Source: an uncultured virus (IMG/VR IMGVR_UViG_2831971958_000015) (lineage: Duplodnaviria > Heunggongvirae > Uroviricota > Caudoviricetes). From it: a stretch of 64,000 nt of DNA. Below the pieces are notes generated by a model. The model ran no database searches. It was not told the origin of the DNA and saw nothing but the letters and a program-made list of their open reading frames with translations. The stretch is from the IMG/VR virus record IMGVR_UViG_2831971958_000015. One strand, given 5' to 3'. A program made the position numbers and the translations under genes. This document shows, piece after piece, positions 8,109 through 18,050 of this stretch; within the stretch, counting starts at the first letter, position 1, and every line of letters begins with the position of its first letter.

Positions 8109-9245
8109 TTAAAATGTATTTGCAAGATAGGAATTGCCGATATATGCAATTCCCAATACTGCCGTTTCCTCTGTTCTTTCGTAATGCTGGCACATGTAGG
8201 CAGCTCCCAGATAGCACAAGCCCAAAACGGCATCATGCTTATAATTGATGTTCCAGCCGTTTTCGATCAGCGTAACCCGCCTGTCAAGCTCTGCCAGCGT
8301 CTCTGCCGTCGCCGTGCTGCCCGCCTCTGCCTGCTGCCGCAGCTGTTCTACCGCCTCTGTCAGCCCGTCTATTTGCAGTTGCAGGCTGCCTGCAATGTCC
8401 CCGCCCAGCTTTTCCTTAATATCCTCAAACCATGCGTTAAACTCGCTTTCTGCCTCTGTCTGGAAAAGCGTGATTTTCGCCATGAAAGCGGTATAGGCTT
8501 TCAATAGTTCCGCGTCCCAGCCGTCAAGCGTGCTTTCAAAAGAATTGTACCGCTCGCTGAACTGGTTCTCGTACTGGGTAAACAGGCTTTCAGTTATGGT
8601 TATGTAATGCTCATAAATGCCCGCGATCTCGCTTAGGTACTTTTCCATGTCCTGCTTATATACGCTGAACTCGTCCAGCACTGCCTGGCTGTAGGTTTTG
8701 AAAAAATCATCAAACTGTTTCGTCAGTACGCTTGCGTCGATCTCTTCTATTGTGCCTTTCACAATGCCGCACAAGGCACTGTTAAACCGCTGGTCTGTAA
8801 TATCCTTTGTCTGAATCTTTGTTACGCCTTTCCCCACGTAAATATCAGCTATGGCAAGCTCCCATATTTCCGTATTCCGGGTTAAGGCTGCTGCCGTAGG
8901 CTTTGCAGACGGCACGCCCTTTAAGACGGTCAGATACATGTCCCTCTGCGTCAAGTCCCAGCGTATAATTACCCGGTCTATTCGGTTAAGCGCCCCCTCT
9001 GCGGTGCTTAACGTAATACCCATGCTTACAGGGTTTCTGAAAGCGTAACCATTGATAAACGCATACCCGGCGTTTACCTTGATTTCCATTTTGTCATAGG
9101 CTATAACCTGTAGCCCGTCGCTGGGTTTCGGGAAAACGCCGTTTGCTATGAACGTGGCAAAATACCACGCCCAGTCCTCGGCTTTATATACCCTGTCGTA
9201 TTCTTCATCTACCAGAATGGCATTGAACGGCAGACAATCAGCCAT
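8109..9245 (-). CDS. Baseplate/tail fibre structural protein
   Basis: DRVY.AED..YF, GYAFING, RIDR, WEL.IA, ITDQR..LCG.V N-terminal pattern; long coiled coil. Confidence 0.75.
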   Translation of the reverse strand: MADCLPFNAILVDEEYDRVYKAEDWAWYFATFIANGVFPKPSDGLQVIAYDKMEIKVNAGYAFINGYAFRNPVSMGITLSTAEGALNRIDRVIIRWDLTQRDMYLTVLKGVPSAKPTAAALTRNTEIWELAIADIYVGKGVTKIQTKDITDQRFNSALCGIVKGTIEEIDASVLTKQFDDFFKTYSQAVLDEFSVYKQDMEKYLSEIAGIYEHYITITESLFTQYENQFSERYNSFESTLDGWDAELLKAYTAFMAKITLFQTEAESEFNAWFEDIKEKLGGDIAGSLQLQIDGLTEAVEQLRQQAEAGSTATAETLAELDRRVTLIENGWNINYKHDAVLGLCYLGAAYMCQHYERTEETAVLGIAYIGNSYLANTF

Positions 9246-9250
9246 GCTTT

Positions 9251-10405
9251 TTACCTCACTTTCCTTATCTGGTCTACCAGCGTAGGCAGGCTGTCCCCAA
9301 ACGTCGCCTCTATTTCCTCTGCGCCTTTCTGGTATGTCTCTGTTACCTCTGTTATCCGTGCATCAATCTGTATGCCCCACTTTGTTTCCTTGCATGTGAT
9401 CCTGTCCCCTAAATCAAAGTCCTGCTTAAACTTAAGGTTAGAATTTGTGTTAATGGTGCTTACAAAATTTATGATCTTTCCGTAGTTTTCCAGCTCTGCT
9501 GCCGCCCTTGTCTTAAGCATCTGCAAATAGGTATTAAGCGGTATTGTTACCTCTGTTTCCCCGCTCTGGTATTTCCGGGCTATGTCCGTCGCGTCACAAA
9601 ATACTTCTGTCAGTTCCAAACCAGACGCGCCCTCTCCGTCTACCGTCGTCACGGGCTGGCTGCCGCTGTCGTCTGCCGCCCCCTGTATGTAAATGAAATT
9701 CCCGCAGTTTTCTATACTGGCTGTATATTCCTGCTCGTTTACATTGTCAAAATCCCGCGAAAAAATACAAGGCGTGTTTCCCTCGCTGTTTTTCGCTGTA
9801 AGGTCTTTGCCCTTATACAGATAAAAGCCGTACTGTCGCGATCTCTCGTTAATCAGAATGTCATAGCCCAGCTTTCCTGCCTGCGCTCTCGCCTTTACTT
9901 CCTGCCCCAGCTTTGCGTATACCTCGTTTGCGTACTCTACCGTGCTACCTGCTATGTTCTCCTGTGCCAGCATGATAAAGCGCGGGAAACGGCGCTTTGT
10001 ACTTGCACTGCTGCCGCAGTTATTCTTTACCATTGTGTTTATAATGCTCTGGTTCGTCGCCGTCGTTACGATCTGCGGGCTTATGCAGCGCTTGTTAAGC
10101 CACTGGCTAAGCATGTAGCCCTGTGCCTCTATCTGCTCTAACCCGTTCTCGTCTTTTGTAATATGTACATAGGTAATCTGCGCAGCCCTGCGCCAGATAC
10201 CGCCCGCCGTGTCCGTCACTTCCCGCTTTCCGTCATGCTTTACAATAATATTGCCCTCGGTAAGCAGCCGTTTGTTATTGTCCGTGATCGGCGCAAGCAG
10301 ATTGAACGTGCCTACATCAAAATACTTTACATGCCATAACAGGCTTGCCATTTCGTCGATCAGTCCCAGCGGTTCTACCGTCTCGTCAAATACTCTAAGC
10401 TCCAT
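9251..10405 (-). CDS. Siphovirus minor tail protein (ReqiPepy6 Gp37-like, Tal position)
   Basis: SLLW..KYFDVGTF; DFDLGD.IT; follows Dit. Confidence 0.8.
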   Translation of the reverse strand: MELRVFDETVEPLGLIDEMASLLWHVKYFDVGTFNLLAPITDNNKRLLTEGNIIVKHDGKREVTDTAGGIWRRAAQITYVHITKDENGLEQIEAQGYMLSQWLNKRCISPQIVTTATNQSIINTMVKNNCGSSASTKRRFPRFIMLAQENIAGSTVEYANEVYAKLGQEVKARAQAGKLGYDILINERSRQYGFYLYKGKDLTAKNSEGNTPCIFSRDFDNVNEQEYTASIENCGNFIYIQGAADDSGSQPVTTVDGEGASGLELTEVFCDATDIARKYQSGETEVTIPLNTYLQMLKTRAAAELENYGKIINFVSTINTNSNLKFKQDFDLGDRITCKETKWGIQIDARITEVTETYQKGAEEIEATFGDSLPTLVDQIRKVR

Positions 10406-10408
10406 GCG

Positions 10409-11296
10409 TCATACCCCCAGATATTCCCTGTCATAAAAAATAGAGACTTCCATAGAATTTACGCCGCCGTCCGCATCATAACGGAAATTATTGTCGCCTA
10501 TGTCAAGCTGCATAAATGTACTGTCTACGTCCACCTTGCGGAAATAGTCATACTTTACCCCGTCCCGCGTCAGTGTAGCGCCCTTGCTGCCGTATTTCGT
10601 GTTTACCTCGATCACGTCCCCGGTCTGCATGGTTACATTCAGCTTTATAAATTCCCCTGTGTCTACGTTTAAAATGACCGGGTTTGTAACCGTCCCCAGT
10701 GCGGTAAACCTTACCCGCATACCCGTTGATACGTCGCCCTCATTAAAGCAGTCCACAATTACGCTTTCTGCGCGATACCCAAAAATCATACTTTTACTGT
10801 TGTCCTTTTCGATCACGCAGGGAAAATGCCAGGCAGCTACCCAGCTTGCTATATCTTCCTTTTGCTCGTCCTCTTCCCGCCAGAACGGGTTAAGGCAGTC
10901 CAGCTGTAAGCTGAACTGCTGCAAAACGCTTTTTCTCCCTACGTCCGGCTTTCCATGCAGGCGGCAGTTAATAATACGCTTAAAGCTGCCGTATTCATAG
11001 GCAAGCGTGCCGCCCAGCTCCGGGTTAAATATCTTAAGCAGCCTGCGGCGCAGTTCGTAAGACTGCTGCTTGTCCCTTGTATTGATATGCCCCAGTATGT
11101 CTACGTCCCGCGCCTCTATCCGCTGCCCTACATATGTGTCTCCGTGCTGCCCCATGCTGTTTGTGCTGTAGACTGCATTTGTCACGCCTGCTATGCCGTC
11201 TACGTCCTTGCTTACATTGCAATGGTACACACTGCCTACGCTAAGCTCTATGCTTTCGCCCCTCTCATTGGTATAAACCAGCTTTTCATACATCAT
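10409..11296 (-). CDS. Distal tail protein (Dit)
   Basis: CLNPFW, NEGDV.TG, STFMQL..GDN.F; follows tape measure. Confidence 0.8.
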   Translation of the reverse strand: MMYEKLVYTNERGESIELSVGSVYHCNVSKDVDGIAGVTNAVYSTNSMGQHGDTYVGQRIEARDVDILGHINTRDKQQSYELRRRLLKIFNPELGGTLAYEYGSFKRIINCRLHGKPDVGRKSVLQQFSLQLDCLNPFWREEDEQKEDIASWVAAWHFPCVIEKDNSKSMIFGYRAESVIVDCFNEGDVSTGMRVRFTALGTVTNPVILNVDTGEFIKLNVTMQTGDVIEVNTKYGSKGATLTRDGVKYDYFRKVDVDSTFMQLDIGDNNFRYDADGGVNSMEVSIFYDREYLGV

Positions 11297-14200
11297 GCTA
11301 ACACCGTCCTTGCTGCCTGCTTAAACTGCCGCTGCGCCTCTTTCTGCTGCTTTGCGTAGTCCGTCGTATTGGCGTATATATTCTGTGTGATATGTACTAC
11401 CGGGCTGCCTGCTGCCCCGCCGCCTTTCGGCTTTGGTTTCCACGGCTCCCCGTCTATGTCAGCGTCAGAGAAATTGACTTTTGCGCCTACGTCAAATTCC
11501 TGCGGTATGCTTTCCTCGATCTGCTTATTTACTTTTTTCATTTCATCAGAAAAGCCTACGCCTATGCCCTGCGCCATGAATAACCCTACCTCGTCCCGGA
11601 ACTTTTTAGACGGGCTTTCAATCCCTAAAGCGCTCTTTGCGGCATCTAACAGGCTGTTTGCAAGGCTTGAAACTTTATCCTTTAACCAGTTCCAGCCGTT
11701 GCTTATGCCGTTCCAGATACCCTGTACAATGTTGCTGCCGATTGTCGCAAAAGAACTGCCGATATTAGAGAAAGCATTTATAATTCCGTTTACGCAGTTG
11801 CGCATACCCTCTACCGCCTTGTTTTTTACCTCTGTACCCCACTGGGCTACTTTGGAAATAGCGCCGGATATGCTGTTATAGATTTTCTGCGGAATCTCTT
11901 TTACTATGTTCACAACGCCCGTAACCATGCTGTTCATTACCTCGCGGGCTTTGCTTACCATATTTGCGCCCCACGTCGCCACCTTTGTAACCGCGCCTAT
12001 GATACTATTCCAGATTTTCTGCGGTGTCTGCGTTACAATGTTCACGATTGCCGTAAGCATAGTATTCATTACCTCTTTGGCTTTGCTTACCATGTTCGCG
12101 CCCCACGTCGCTACTTTTGTAACCGCACCTATGATGCAGTTCCAGATTTTCTGCGGTGTCTGCGTTACAATGTTCACGATTGCCGTAAGCATGGTATTCA
12201 TTACCTCTTTGGCTTTGCTTACCATGTTCGCGCCCCACGTCGCTACTTTGTTTACCGCTCCTATGATACAGTTCCAGATTTTTACAGGCGTTTCTTTCAC
12301 AATGGTTACAATGTTCGTAAGCATTGTGTCCATTACCTCTTTGGCTTTTGCCTGCATATTTGCGCCCCACGTTGCTACTCTGGTAACTGCATTTATGATG
12401 CTATTCCAGATTTTCTGCGGCAGCTCCTTTACGACATTGATAACTTTCGCCACAAACTCTTCTATCACCGTGCCGCCTTTTTCCTGCATACGTGCGCCCC
12501 ACTCGGCAATTTTGTTTATGCCGTCTGCGATTGCCCCCGCGATCTGGGCGGGCAGCTCTGCCAGCTTTGTAACTATGCTTACTACCAGCTGCCCTGCTGC
12601 CGCTACGATCTTCGGCAGCCCCTCTACCAGCCCCGTAACAATGGCAACTATGATCTGCGGCATTGCCGCTATCAGCAGAGGGATTGCATCTATAATGCCG
12701 TCCACAAGCGCGATCACTATATCGCCCGCGCTTTCCAGAATCTTCGGTATTCCCTCAACCAGTGCATTGATAATGCTGGTTATGATCTGCGGCAGCCTCT
12801 CTATGATAACTGGCAGCGCTGCTATAATTCCGTCTGCCAGCCCGGTAACAAGCTGCAATGCTGCATCTATCAACATAGGCACATTGTTTATAAGCGTTTC
12901 AACGATTGTAAGCACTGCCTCTATAATGCTCGGTATGAGTGCGGGCAACGCCTGCCCCAGCCCGTCTGCCAGCCCTGCTATGATCTGTACCGCCCCGTCT
13001 GCTATGCTCGGTATCAGCGCTATAATGCCGTCCAGCAGTGTAGTAATGATCTCTGCGGCGCTTTCCGCCAGCGTCGGTATGGCATCTACAATGCCGTCCA
13101 CTAACGCCGTTATCATATCAACGCCCGCTTTTATGATCGTCGGCGCGCTCTCCACAATGCCACCTACAAGCCCGTTCACAAGCTCTACCGCAAAACCTGT
13201 AATCTGCGGCAGCATTTCAGAAAGCCCGCTTACCATATTCCCCAGCGCGTCCCCAAAACTCTGCGCCAGTTTTCCCATATCGCCGCCTGCATCAGCCGCG
13301 CCCTGCTGCAATTCATTTGCAAACTGGCTGAAAATCGGTAACGCCTGCTCTCCGATCGGCATAATAAAGCTGGTCTGTAAAATCCTGCCTGCGCCCTGCA
13401 TTGCCTCCCCGAAAGTGTCATACTTTACGGCGTTGATCTGCCCCATTGCGTCTACAGTCTTGCTTATTTCCCCCTCTACGCCCATAAGTGCTGTGCAGGC
13501 ATCCGCTCCCATATCTTCCCACATAGTACCCATAAGCCCTACGCCTGCCGTATACTGTAGGCTCTCGTCGTCGCAGTTCTTAAGCGCCTCGCTTATCTGG
13601 CTCATTGCCTCTTTCGCGCTGTCGCCCCCGGCTTGAAACTTCCCTACCAGCTCGTCCGCATTAAGCCCCAGACTTGTAAGGTATTCCCCCGCCGTTCCGT
13701 CATTCATTCTTATGTTAAATTCCTTGAAAGCGTCGCCCATTTTGTCAACGCTCCATACTCCCGTATCTGCGCCGTTTTTAATGGAATTAAACATATCCTC
13801 TGCGCTAAGCCCTGCCTGCGCATACTGGTTGCTGTATTCGTTAATAACGTCCAGTAAATCCCCGTTCTGGTTAAGCCCCTGCTGCGCCCCCTGCGCGATC
13901 AGGTTATAAGCCTCGTCGCCGGAAATACCAAATTTCTGCATAAGCTGCGTGGCTGCCCTTGTACTCTCGGCAACGTCCATATCAAACGTATCTCGCAGGG
14001 TTAAGGCGTTTGTAGTCATTTTTTCCAGCTCGTCTGCGCCCATATCCCCTGCCTGCTGCTTTACTGTCGCCATTGACGCGGCTATATCCTCGAATCCCTC
14101 TCCATAATTGCCGTTATAGATATTCTCCATAACTTGCTTGTACTGGTCTGCCTCGTCCGTTGCCGTCCCCGTCGCGGCGCAGAAATCATTTAACGCGCCT

Positions 14201-14790
14201 TTCGCCTCGTCTGCCTGGCTTACTGCGTAGCCCAGCCCAGCCACTACAGCCGTGCCTATGGCTGCCGCAGCCGTTCCCACTGCCGCTATGCCCTTTGCCA
14301 TAATGCCGCCCAGCCCGCCCAGAATACCGCTCAATCCAGAGAACTTGCCGCCCGCTGCCTCTGCCTGCTGCCCGCTTTCCTCTATCTCTTCGCCCAGTTC
14401 GTCTGCTGCGTTTTCTGCCTTTTCCAGTTCGTCTGCGGTCTTGTTTAACTCCTGCTCGGTCTTTACCAGCGCCGCCCTCTGGTAATTCAGCTGCGTTTCC
14501 AGCTTTTTACTCTCTTCGCTGTTCTCTCCTGTCGCCTGCCTGCATTTCTCTAATGCCTGCTCTGTTTCCTTTACCTTTTTCGCCTGCTCGTCGTAAGTCC
14601 TCTGTAAAACGTCCTGCTTTGCTTTCAGTGCCTCCGCGCTGTTGGCATTGTCCCTGTATTCAGCCGTTACAAGTTTCATTTCAGAATTAAGCACTTTAAG
14701 GGTGCTGTTAATTTCCTTGCAGGCTGCTTTATACTCTGCCTCTCCGTCAAAACTAAGCCGGGTTTTGATATTCTCTGTTTTATCAGCCAT
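11293..14790 (-). CDS. Tape measure protein
   Basis: 1165 aa; DKMGDAFKEFNIR, amphipathic repeats, LGIESPSK. Confidence 0.95.
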   Translation of the reverse strand: MADKTENIKTRLSFDGEAEYKAACKEINSTLKVLNSEMKLVTAEYRDNANSAEALKAKQDVLQRTYDEQAKKVKETEQALEKCRQATGENSEESKKLETQLNYQRAALVKTEQELNKTADELEKAENAADELGEEIEESGQQAEAAGGKFSGLSGILGGLGGIMAKGIAAVGTAAAAIGTAVVAGLGYAVSQADEAKGALNDFCAATGTATDEADQYKQVMENIYNGNYGEGFEDIAASMATVKQQAGDMGADELEKMTTNALTLRDTFDMDVAESTRAATQLMQKFGISGDEAYNLIAQGAQQGLNQNGDLLDVINEYSNQYAQAGLSAEDMFNSIKNGADTGVWSVDKMGDAFKEFNIRMNDGTAGEYLTSLGLNADELVGKFQAGGDSAKEAMSQISEALKNCDDESLQYTAGVGLMGTMWEDMGADACTALMGVEGEISKTVDAMGQINAVKYDTFGEAMQGAGRILQTSFIMPIGEQALPIFSQFANELQQGAADAGGDMGKLAQSFGDALGNMVSGLSEMLPQITGFAVELVNGLVGGIVESAPTIIKAGVDMITALVDGIVDAIPTLAESAAEIITTLLDGIIALIPSIADGAVQIIAGLADGLGQALPALIPSIIEAVLTIVETLINNVPMLIDAALQLVTGLADGIIAALPVIIERLPQIITSIINALVEGIPKILESAGDIVIALVDGIIDAIPLLIAAMPQIIVAIVTGLVEGLPKIVAAAGQLVVSIVTKLAELPAQIAGAIADGINKIAEWGARMQEKGGTVIEEFVAKVINVVKELPQKIWNSIINAVTRVATWGANMQAKAKEVMDTMLTNIVTIVKETPVKIWNCIIGAVNKVATWGANMVSKAKEVMNTMLTAIVNIVTQTPQKIWNCIIGAVTKVATWGANMVSKAKEVMNTMLTAIVNIVTQTPQKIWNSIIGAVTKVATWGANMVSKAREVMNSMVTGVVNIVKEIPQKIYNSISGAISKVAQWGTEVKNKAVEGMRNCVNGIINAFSNIGSSFATIGSNIVQGIWNGISNGWNWLKDKVSSLANSLLDAAKSALGIESPSKKFRDEVGLFMAQGIGVGFSDEMKKVNKQIEESIPQEFDVGAKVNFSDADIDGEPWKPKPKGGGAAGSPVVHITQNIYANTTDYAKQQKEAQRQFKQAARTVLA
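11930..12420 (-). repeat. About four 120-bp (40-aa) tandem repeats in the tape measure gene
   Basis: PQKIWN.IIGAVTKVATWGANMVSKAKEVMN repeated; 12011..12130 and 12131..12250 nearly identical; boundaries approximate. Confidence 0.85.
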
Positions 14791-14793
14791 AAA

Positions 14794-15027
14794 TTAAAAG
14801 CCCCCTAGTGCTACGTCTATGTCGTCCTGTACTGCTGCCTGCGGCTCTGCTGCCGCCTGCCCCTGTCTGAAAATGTGCGGGTTATACTCCCTGTGGTATC
14901 TGAATAGGGTTACAATCTGGTAAGGCGTTTTTCTCCACGCCTCGCGCTCCCTGTAGCCCAGCAGTACCATTGCGATATATAAAAGCCGGGCAGTGTCTAA
15001 CTTTCCTGCCCGGCTTTCATTTCCCCC
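14794..15027 (-). CDS. Tail chaperone -1 frameshift extension (gpGT-like)
   Basis: G GGG GAA at 15027-15021; open -1 frame LDTARLLYIAMVLLGY..IDVALGGF*; 12-bp stem at 14982..15017. Confidence 0.75.
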   Translation of the reverse strand, partial: GGNESRAGKLDTARLLYIAMVLLGYREREAWRKTPYQIVTLFRYHREYNPHIFRQGQAAAEPQAAVQDDIDVALGGF

Positions 15028-15401
15028 GCCTCTTCTCTTTCCTCTTCGGTTTCCCCTGTGTTCTCCCCGTCGCCTGCCGTCCCTGCTGCAAACGACGCAT
15101 AAATAGCACGCTGTACCTCTGCCAGATTTCCCATGTGAATCAGCCTCCCTACTCTCTGCTCTTCCATGATTTGTGCGTTTTCGTCCTCTTCCAGCAGTCC
15201 CTCATTGATAAGCATGGTAAGCAGCCATTTTGTATCTTTTACCCAGTCCGGGTTACTCTGGTTGAAAATCTCATTCAGCTTGTCATAGCCCCCAAATTTC
15301 GTCTGAATCTCGTCCAGCGCGTTAAGGGTGAAAAGCAGTCTGTAATCTTTCCCTTTCAGCGTCACAACGTAGCCGCCGTCTTTTACTGCACTCATTGGCA
15401 T
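14997..15401 (-). CDS. Tail assembly chaperone (gpG-like)
   Basis: L.FTLNALDEIQ..FG; between major tail and tape measure genes. Confidence 0.8.
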   Translation of the reverse strand: MPMSAVKDGGYVVTLKGKDYRLLFTLNALDEIQTKFGGYDKLNEIFNQSNPDWVKDTKWLLTMLINEGLLEEDENAQIMEEQRVGRLIHMGNLAEVQRAIYASFAAGTAGDGENTGETEEEREEAGEMKAGQES

Positions 15402-15450
15402 AATTTAAGGCGCAGCCACGCCGCGCCTCTCTCCTTTCCTCATATTCTTT

Positions 15451-16014
15451 TTATACTCCCTGTATCTGCTCTGCGGGTTCCGGCACTTCCGTAAACCATG
15501 TGCCAGCTGCCGTCTCTGTCTCGGTTCCCACAAAATCCGCTTTCCATTTCCCGTCCTTTTTCCGCTTATAGAAAGTGGCGGTAATGTCCGGCGTGTTAAA
15601 CTTGATGCTTTCGCCTTTCGTCTCGTACTTCTCGCCCGGCAGCTCAAATTTACATTTCAGCAGCCAGATATAGCGGAATCTTCCCCCGGTCTTTGCCGCC
15701 CGGAACCCGATAGCAAGAAACGGCGGCTCGTCACCGTCCCCAGCCCATACAACTTTATTCTGGTCTACCATCTGCCCCAGAACGTCTGCCAGCACTTCCG
15801 GCGTAAGGTCTTTAACGCCCAGCTTTAACGTGCCGTTAATAAATTCCTTTACGCTCTCGCTGATCGCGTCGTCTGCGTACAGGTCAGCCGTTGCCGTTTT
15901 TACGGAAAGATCAGCGCTCATAGCCTCTGCCAGTTTTTTAGGCAGCCCGTAGCTTTCTACGCCGTCCTTTTCCGTGCAGATCGCATAAAAAAGGTCTTTC
16001 AGTCCTAATGTCAT
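15451..16014 (-). CDS. Major tail protein (phi13-like)
   Basis: GLKDLFYA, LYADD, PPFLAIGFRA, WLLKCKF, TKGESIKF. Confidence 0.9.
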   Translation of the reverse strand: MTLGLKDLFYAICTEKDGVESYGLPKKLAEAMSADLSVKTATADLYADDAISESVKEFINGTLKLGVKDLTPEVLADVLGQMVDQNKVVWAGDGDEPPFLAIGFRAAKTGGRFRYIWLLKCKFELPGEKYETKGESIKFNTPDITATFYKRKKDGKWKADFVGTETETAAGTWFTEVPEPAEQIQGV

Positions 16015-16020
16015 TGTTTT

Positions 16021-16356
16021 TCACTCCTTTAATATTTCGATTGTTACCGGGATAAGCCAGTACCCCGTTTCCGTCTCGTAGTGTTCAGTATCTACGCCGT
16101 TGATATAAAAGCCTGCTGCCTCCATTTTCTCTGTAAGCAGTTTCAGACTTTTTTCAAAGTTCCCCTTACAGAAAAGCGTAACCCTGTATAGCTCCCTGTC
16201 GCCGCTGTTTTTATCGTCTGCCCTTAACGCAGCGCCTTTATTCAGACGCAGGAAAGTACAGTAAACGGCTGGTTTCTTTTTCCCGGTATATACGCCCCTC
16301 TCTGCTGGCAGCCCTGCGCTTTCTATCACTTCCTTTATGCTACACATTGTTTTCAC
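16021..16356 (-). CDS. Tail terminator-like protein
   Basis: AGF..YE.ETGYW; position. Confidence 0.7.
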   Translation of the reverse strand: MKTMCSIKEVIESAGLPAERGVYTGKKKPAVYCTFLRLNKGAALRADDKNSGDRELYRVTLFCKGNFEKSLKLLTEKMEAAGFYINGVDTEHYETETGYWLIPVTIEILKE

Positions 16357-16771
16357 GCTCCCATACTTCCCGCTGCGCCTCTACTACCTTGCTTTGCGCC
16401 TTGTCATTTGCCACGGTCATATAAGGGCGGGCTGCCTGGCTGCTTGTCCCGTATTCTGCCACAAATCCGATTGTCGCATAGCGCACGTTGCTTTTATCGC
16501 CTTTCCTGTCGTTCCCATGCTTAGCCCTGCCATGCGGGAAAACGTCAATATGCTTTTCCCGGCTGTCGCCTTTTACCGCTGTAGCCTTAATGGATTTCAC
16601 AAAACCGCCCGTTTCATTCAGCCCCATTGCCTGCGCCTCTTCCTGCTGTGCCTGTACCAGAACGGCAGCGCCCGCCTGTAGCATCTTTGGCACTGCCTCT
16701 ACTGTCGCCTGTTCGCGCCTGCTGAAAGCCTCTATTACGTCCTCTAAGCCTACCGTGCTAAACTCTGCCAC
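16340..16771 (-). CDS. HK97 gp10-like tail completion protein
   Basis: EYGTS.QAARPYM..A. Confidence 0.85.
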   Translation of the reverse strand: MAEFSTVGLEDVIEAFSRREQATVEAVPKMLQAGAAVLVQAQQEEAQAMGLNETGGFVKSIKATAVKGDSREKHIDVFPHGRAKHGNDRKGDKSNVRYATIGFVAEYGTSSQAARPYMTVANDKAQSKVVEAQREVWERENNV

Positions 16772-16773
16772 GC

Positions 16774-17112
16774 TTACGCCTCCTTGTCCTTATGCCGCAG
16801 ATCAGTTAGGGTAAGTTCTATGGTGTCGTCGTCTATGTCGTAAGTCTTAAGCACAAAAAAGCGTTTCCCGCCCATATCCTCTACGGTGTCCTCACCCTCA
16901 TAGTCTGCCTTATGTACCTCACATTTCGCCTCTACCACTTTCCCTGTCTGCTGGCTCTTGAAATATTCAGAATAGCCTACAGATTTCATATTGCAGAAAA
17001 CAGTACGCTTTTCCTCTTCCTGCTGCACCGGGAACCCGTCGCCGTCTACCCTGCTGCCGTCCGCTGGCACTGTCTCTTTTACAAGTATGATCTCGTCTAC
17101 CCATTCAGCCAT
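16774..17112 (-). CDS. Head closure/head-tail adaptor
   Basis: VFCNMKSVGYSEYF..DYEGE; start set at MAEWVD. Confidence 0.75.
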   Translation of the reverse strand: MAEWVDEIILVKETVPADGSRVDGDGFPVQQEEEKRTVFCNMKSVGYSEYFKSQQTGKVVEAKCEVHKADYEGEDTVEDMGGKRFFVLKTYDIDDDTIELTLTDLRHKDKEA

Positions 17113-17458
17113 TTTGCGCCCCGCTTTCCCCGTCTGTGGTGTCCGTTTCGGACACGGGCGGCGCTGTGTTATATTCCTTTGACATAGAAAGCCGCGCCTT
17201 AAGCAGATCATAAGATTGTCTGAATTTCTCCGCTTTCCCGTTGTACCCAAATTCTGCCTTGCAGTACAGCGTTATTGCCCGTATAATCAGCTCGTCGCTC
17301 TCGTCAATGACTTTTACGCCGTCATTCGCAAGATCGGCTTTACAGGCTCCTATGCAGTCCTCTATTTCTTCTGTAATCTTTGCGCTTGTGCTGCTGATAC
17401 GCAGCGCCGCCCGCATTTTCCCTGTTAATGTAGTGGCATCTGCCGCCATACCATGCAC
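17105..17458 (-). CDS. Head-tail connector (gp6-like)
   Basis: ALRIS..EI...I.AC.ADL..AI.LYCKA.FG. Confidence 0.8.
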   Translation of the reverse strand: MHGMAADATTLTGKMRAALRISSTSAKITEEIEDCIGACKADLANDGVKVIDESDELIIRAITLYCKAEFGYNGKAEKFRQSYDLLKARLSMSKEYNTAPPVSETDTTDGESGAQNG

Positions 17459-17488
17459 CCGCTTTCTTTACCGCAGCCCCCGCCGCGC

Positions 17489-17992
17489 TTACTCTCTGAT
17501 CTTCACAACTTTTTCATGTACCAGCACCGCTGCCCGTTCCCGGTCTACTGTAAAGACTTCCCCAGCCTCTTTGATCTGGTTAAGCTGCTGGTCTAAGTAT
17601 CTGGCTACTACTTCCACCCTTACCCCGCCTGCCGCCTTTCCTGCCTCTTCCTGCTCCTGTTCGGTGTCTCTGGTGATCTCTGCCGCCTTGTCCTCTTCTG
17701 CCGTTTCCTGCCCCGTCTGGGGCGCTCCTGCGGTGTCCTCTGCCCCGTCCCCGGTCTGCTGCCCGGCTACTTCCGCTGCCTGTTCTCCCGCCTCGTCCCC
17801 GGTCTGCTGTCCGGCTTCCTTTCCCGGTTCCGTTTGCGGCTCTCCCTCTCCCGTCTCGATCTCTACAGCCGCGCATCTGGCGGCAATCTCCTTGATTGTC
17901 CCCGCGTCGCTTACGCCCAGATCACGCGCCAGCTTTTGAATATCAGCTTTTTTGTAGCTTTCCAGCTCTTTTACGTCTAAATGTCCTTTCAT
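17489..17992 (-). CDS. Head-region hypothetical protein with low-complexity linker
   Basis: Follows capsid; acidic Q/G/E linker. Confidence 0.6.
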   Translation of the reverse strand: MKGHLDVKELESYKKADIQKLARDLGVSDAGTIKEIAARCAAVEIETGEGEPQTEPGKEAGQQTGDEAGEQAAEVAGQQTGDGAEDTAGAPQTGQETAEEDKAAEITRDTEQEQEEAGKAAGGVRVEVVARYLDQQLNQIKEAGEVFTVDRERAAVLVHEKVVKIRE

Positions 17993-18050
17993 GGTTCCAC
18001 CTTTCCGGCAGCCAGCGCAGGAAACGCCAGCCGCCTTATTGATTCCCAGC

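Noticed and set aside
11930..12420. 120-bp repeats as CRISPR or a DGR TR/VR pair
   Set aside because: In-frame tape-measure repeats with no spacers; no CRISPR array or cas gene seen in the window
11906..13636. Long plus-strand ORF (576 aa) and the many other plus-strand ORFs over phage genes
   Set aside because: Antisense shadows of minus-strand genes with no recognisable motifs
17690..17830. GQQTGD-type short repeats
   Set aside because: Low-complexity protein linker
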